Shown here: positions 16,206-17,571 of the stretch, piece by piece
Layout of the letters: every line of letters begins with the position of its first letter
How positions within the stretch are numbered: the first letter of the stretch is position 1
Virus genome (UHGV): UHGV-0122130
Reading direction: 5' to 3' (one strand)
Source of the DNA: a virus
Length of the DNA stretch: 17,571 nucleotides
Made by a program: the position numbers and the translations under genes
Notes under the pieces: model-generated
The model's database searches: none
The model's input: the letters and a program-made list of their open reading frames with translations, nothing else
What the model was told of the DNA's origin: nothing

Positions 16206-16669
16206 CAGATAAGCTCCACTGTGCAGTGCGGCGCATCCTGCACCCGGCTGATGGCCCAGCGGGCATCACGCCACAAATCACCGCTTGCTTCCGCCAGTTC
16301 CTCGCCTCGCTTCACACCGGACGCCGTGGCGTCATAGTCCTGATAACGCTCGTTGAGCATGGCGCGTGCCCAGCAGTAAACCGCGTTGAAATAGTGCTGA
16401 ATGCGCTCACTTTTGCCGTCCAGCTGTTCTGCCGGAACCTCTGCCAGCGAGGCATAGCCCAGCATCTGCTGGCGTCTGCGAAACTCATACAGCTCTGCGT
16501 TGACCTCCGAAATTGCCGACAGCGCAACCTGCTTTAGACGCGGCTGCGTCACCGTGCCGTCAGTGCGCATCACACTGCGAAACTCCGACAGGTCCACATC
16601 AGGCCAGAACGGCGTATTTCTGATGATTTCCGCCTGTTCCGGTGCCTGTTCTGGCGCAACAAACTTCAT
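16205..16669 (-). CDS. L: Head completion/stabilisation protein L (P2 gpL)
   Basis: ORF 16205..16732 with a P2 gpL-like C-terminus (ELWRDARWAISRVQ). Start placed at the internal Met (16669), preceded by AGGAGA about 7 nt upstream; the longer in-frame extension has no visible RBS. Confidence 0.8.
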   Translation of the reverse strand: MKFVAPEQAPEQAEIIRNTPFWPDVDLSEFRSVMRTDGTVTQPRLKQVALSAISEVNAELYEFRRRQQMLGYASLAEVPAEQLDGKSERIQHYFNAVYCWARAMLNERYQDYDATASGVKRGEELAEASGDLWRDARWAISRVQDAPHCTVELI

Positions 16670-16764
16670 GCTGCTTTCTCCTGAAATAAAGGGCGGTGGA
16701 CGGGGTTTTGATGTGGCAGAGCCTTTCGCCACCCCGTGCCGCCCGTGCGCGGGGGCACGTTCTG

Positions 16765-17415
16765 TCAGCGGCTGTCATTGCGCAGTCTGCGCTCCAGCTG
16801 CTGTTTGTCTTTTTTCACGCCACAGCGGGGATCGAGCTGTAACGCATGGTTGAGATGGTTAAGGGCAGAAGCCGGATTGCTTTCACTCAGGACAGCGCCA
16901 ATCGCTTTATGCAGACGCGCCCGTGACTGGTCCGGCATATCCAGACCGTCTGTCAGCTCCAGCGTCTGCAACAACAGATCGGCATCAAAGCCGGTGGCGG
17001 CAAGCATTGCGCTCTGCGCCGCGTCTGCCATTTCCTCTGCCAGCACGGTCTGCACATTGCGGTTACCCAGCGGCATCACCCAGCCATGACGCAGGGCATG
17101 ACGCCCGATCTCCAGCGCCCCGGCATAATCTCCGGCATCAATGCGCCACAGCATCACGTACATCAGCACGTCATCCTGCTGTGCGCCTCCGGCAGTCAGG
17201 ACACCCTCTGCCCAGGCGGCGTACTTCGGCAGCAGCTCCACCTTGATTTCCGCTTTTTTGACCGTGGACTGAACGCCCTTGAGACGGCGGCGGTCTTCCG
17301 CCAGTTGCAGCAGCATCAGGTCATAGCCCGACGCGTGGCGAACGCTGCCGCCCTCGCGGGCGGCCTGTTCAGCCTGAACGCGCAGGCGATGCTGCCGTGC
17401 GGGACTCAGGCTCAT
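16765..17415 (-). CDS. M: Terminase endonuclease (small) subunit M (P2 gpM)
   Basis: 216-aa ORF between N and L; assigned from synteny and size. Confidence 0.8.
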   Translation of the reverse strand: MSLSPARQHRLRVQAEQAAREGGSVRHASGYDLMLLQLAEDRRRLKGVQSTVKKAEIKVELLPKYAAWAEGVLTAGGAQQDDVLMYVMLWRIDAGDYAGALEIGRHALRHGWVMPLGNRNVQTVLAEEMADAAQSAMLAATGFDADLLLQTLELTDGLDMPDQSRARLHKAIGAVLSESNPASALNHLNHALQLDPRCGVKKDKQQLERRLRNDSR

Positions 17416-17418
17416 GAA

Positions 17419-17571
17419 TTACGCTCCGGTTTCTGCTGCTGCGGCGCTGAAGTCGCCAATCTGGATGTTTTCCACCAGTGCGGCGCAGCGGTAGTCCTCA
17501 ACCACATAGGCTTCGTTAACGGATTCAAAGTTTTCAATCCGGTCACGTTTCGGGTTGTCGATAACTGAACG
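17419..17571 (-). CDS. N: Major capsid protein N, C-terminal fragment (runs off the right edge of the window)
   Basis: Open minus-strand frame from the window edge to a TAA at 17421..17419 (...VEDYRCAALVENIQIGDFSAAAAETGA*), 4 nt upstream of the M start; assigned by synteny only. Confidence 0.55.
   Translation of the reverse strand, partial: RSVIDNPKRDRIENFESVNEAYVVEDYRCAALVENIQIGDFSAAAAETGA

Noticed and set aside
17086-17568. 160-aa plus-strand ORF at the right edge
   Set aside because: Antisense to the M and N coding sequences; the minus-strand frame continues colinear P2 synteny, so the plus ORF is taken as a shadow.
1-17571. CRISPR arrays, tRNA or rRNA genes, insertion sequences
   Set aside because: No regularly spaced direct repeats, no cloverleaf-like tRNA candidates and no transposase-like ORFs were seen; the window is filled by contiguous phage late genes.

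Overview
The window is almost entirely the late (morphogenesis and lysis) region of a P2-like (Peduovirus-type) prophage, all transcribed on the minus strand. Gene order is colinear with phage P2: partial N (capsid), M, L, X, holin, K endolysin, LysA, LysB/LysC spanins, R, S, V, W, J, I, H (tail fibre), tail-fibre assembly, FI, FII, E/E', T, U, D, ogr. Identifications rest on recognisable protein sequence in the supplied ORF translations and on synteny; no database search was run. The one non-core module sits between the tail fibre and sheath genes, where P2 carries Z/fun: a Gin/Pin/Cin/Hin-family serine DNA invertase (7525..8091) next to an approximately 1.8 kb invertible tail-fibre segment (about 8160..9978). 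The segment is bounded by two inverted 26-bp gix/hix-like sites and carries a silent alternative fibre C-terminus (Sv') and assembly gene (U') on the plus strand. The crossover dinucleotide sits at the same codon position in both copies, so inversion would make an in-frame alternative fibre; this is a Mu G-segment / e14 P-segment type host-range switch, a known class rather than a new system. Other sequence-level observations are a -1 frameshift site for E/E', TTGT-N12-ACAA dyads upstream of FI and V, an o-spanin embedded in the i-spanin gene, a probable SAR-type endolysin, and a plus-strand terminator hairpin near the left edge. Plus-strand ORFs outside the invertible segment look like antisense shadow ORFs of GC-rich genes.
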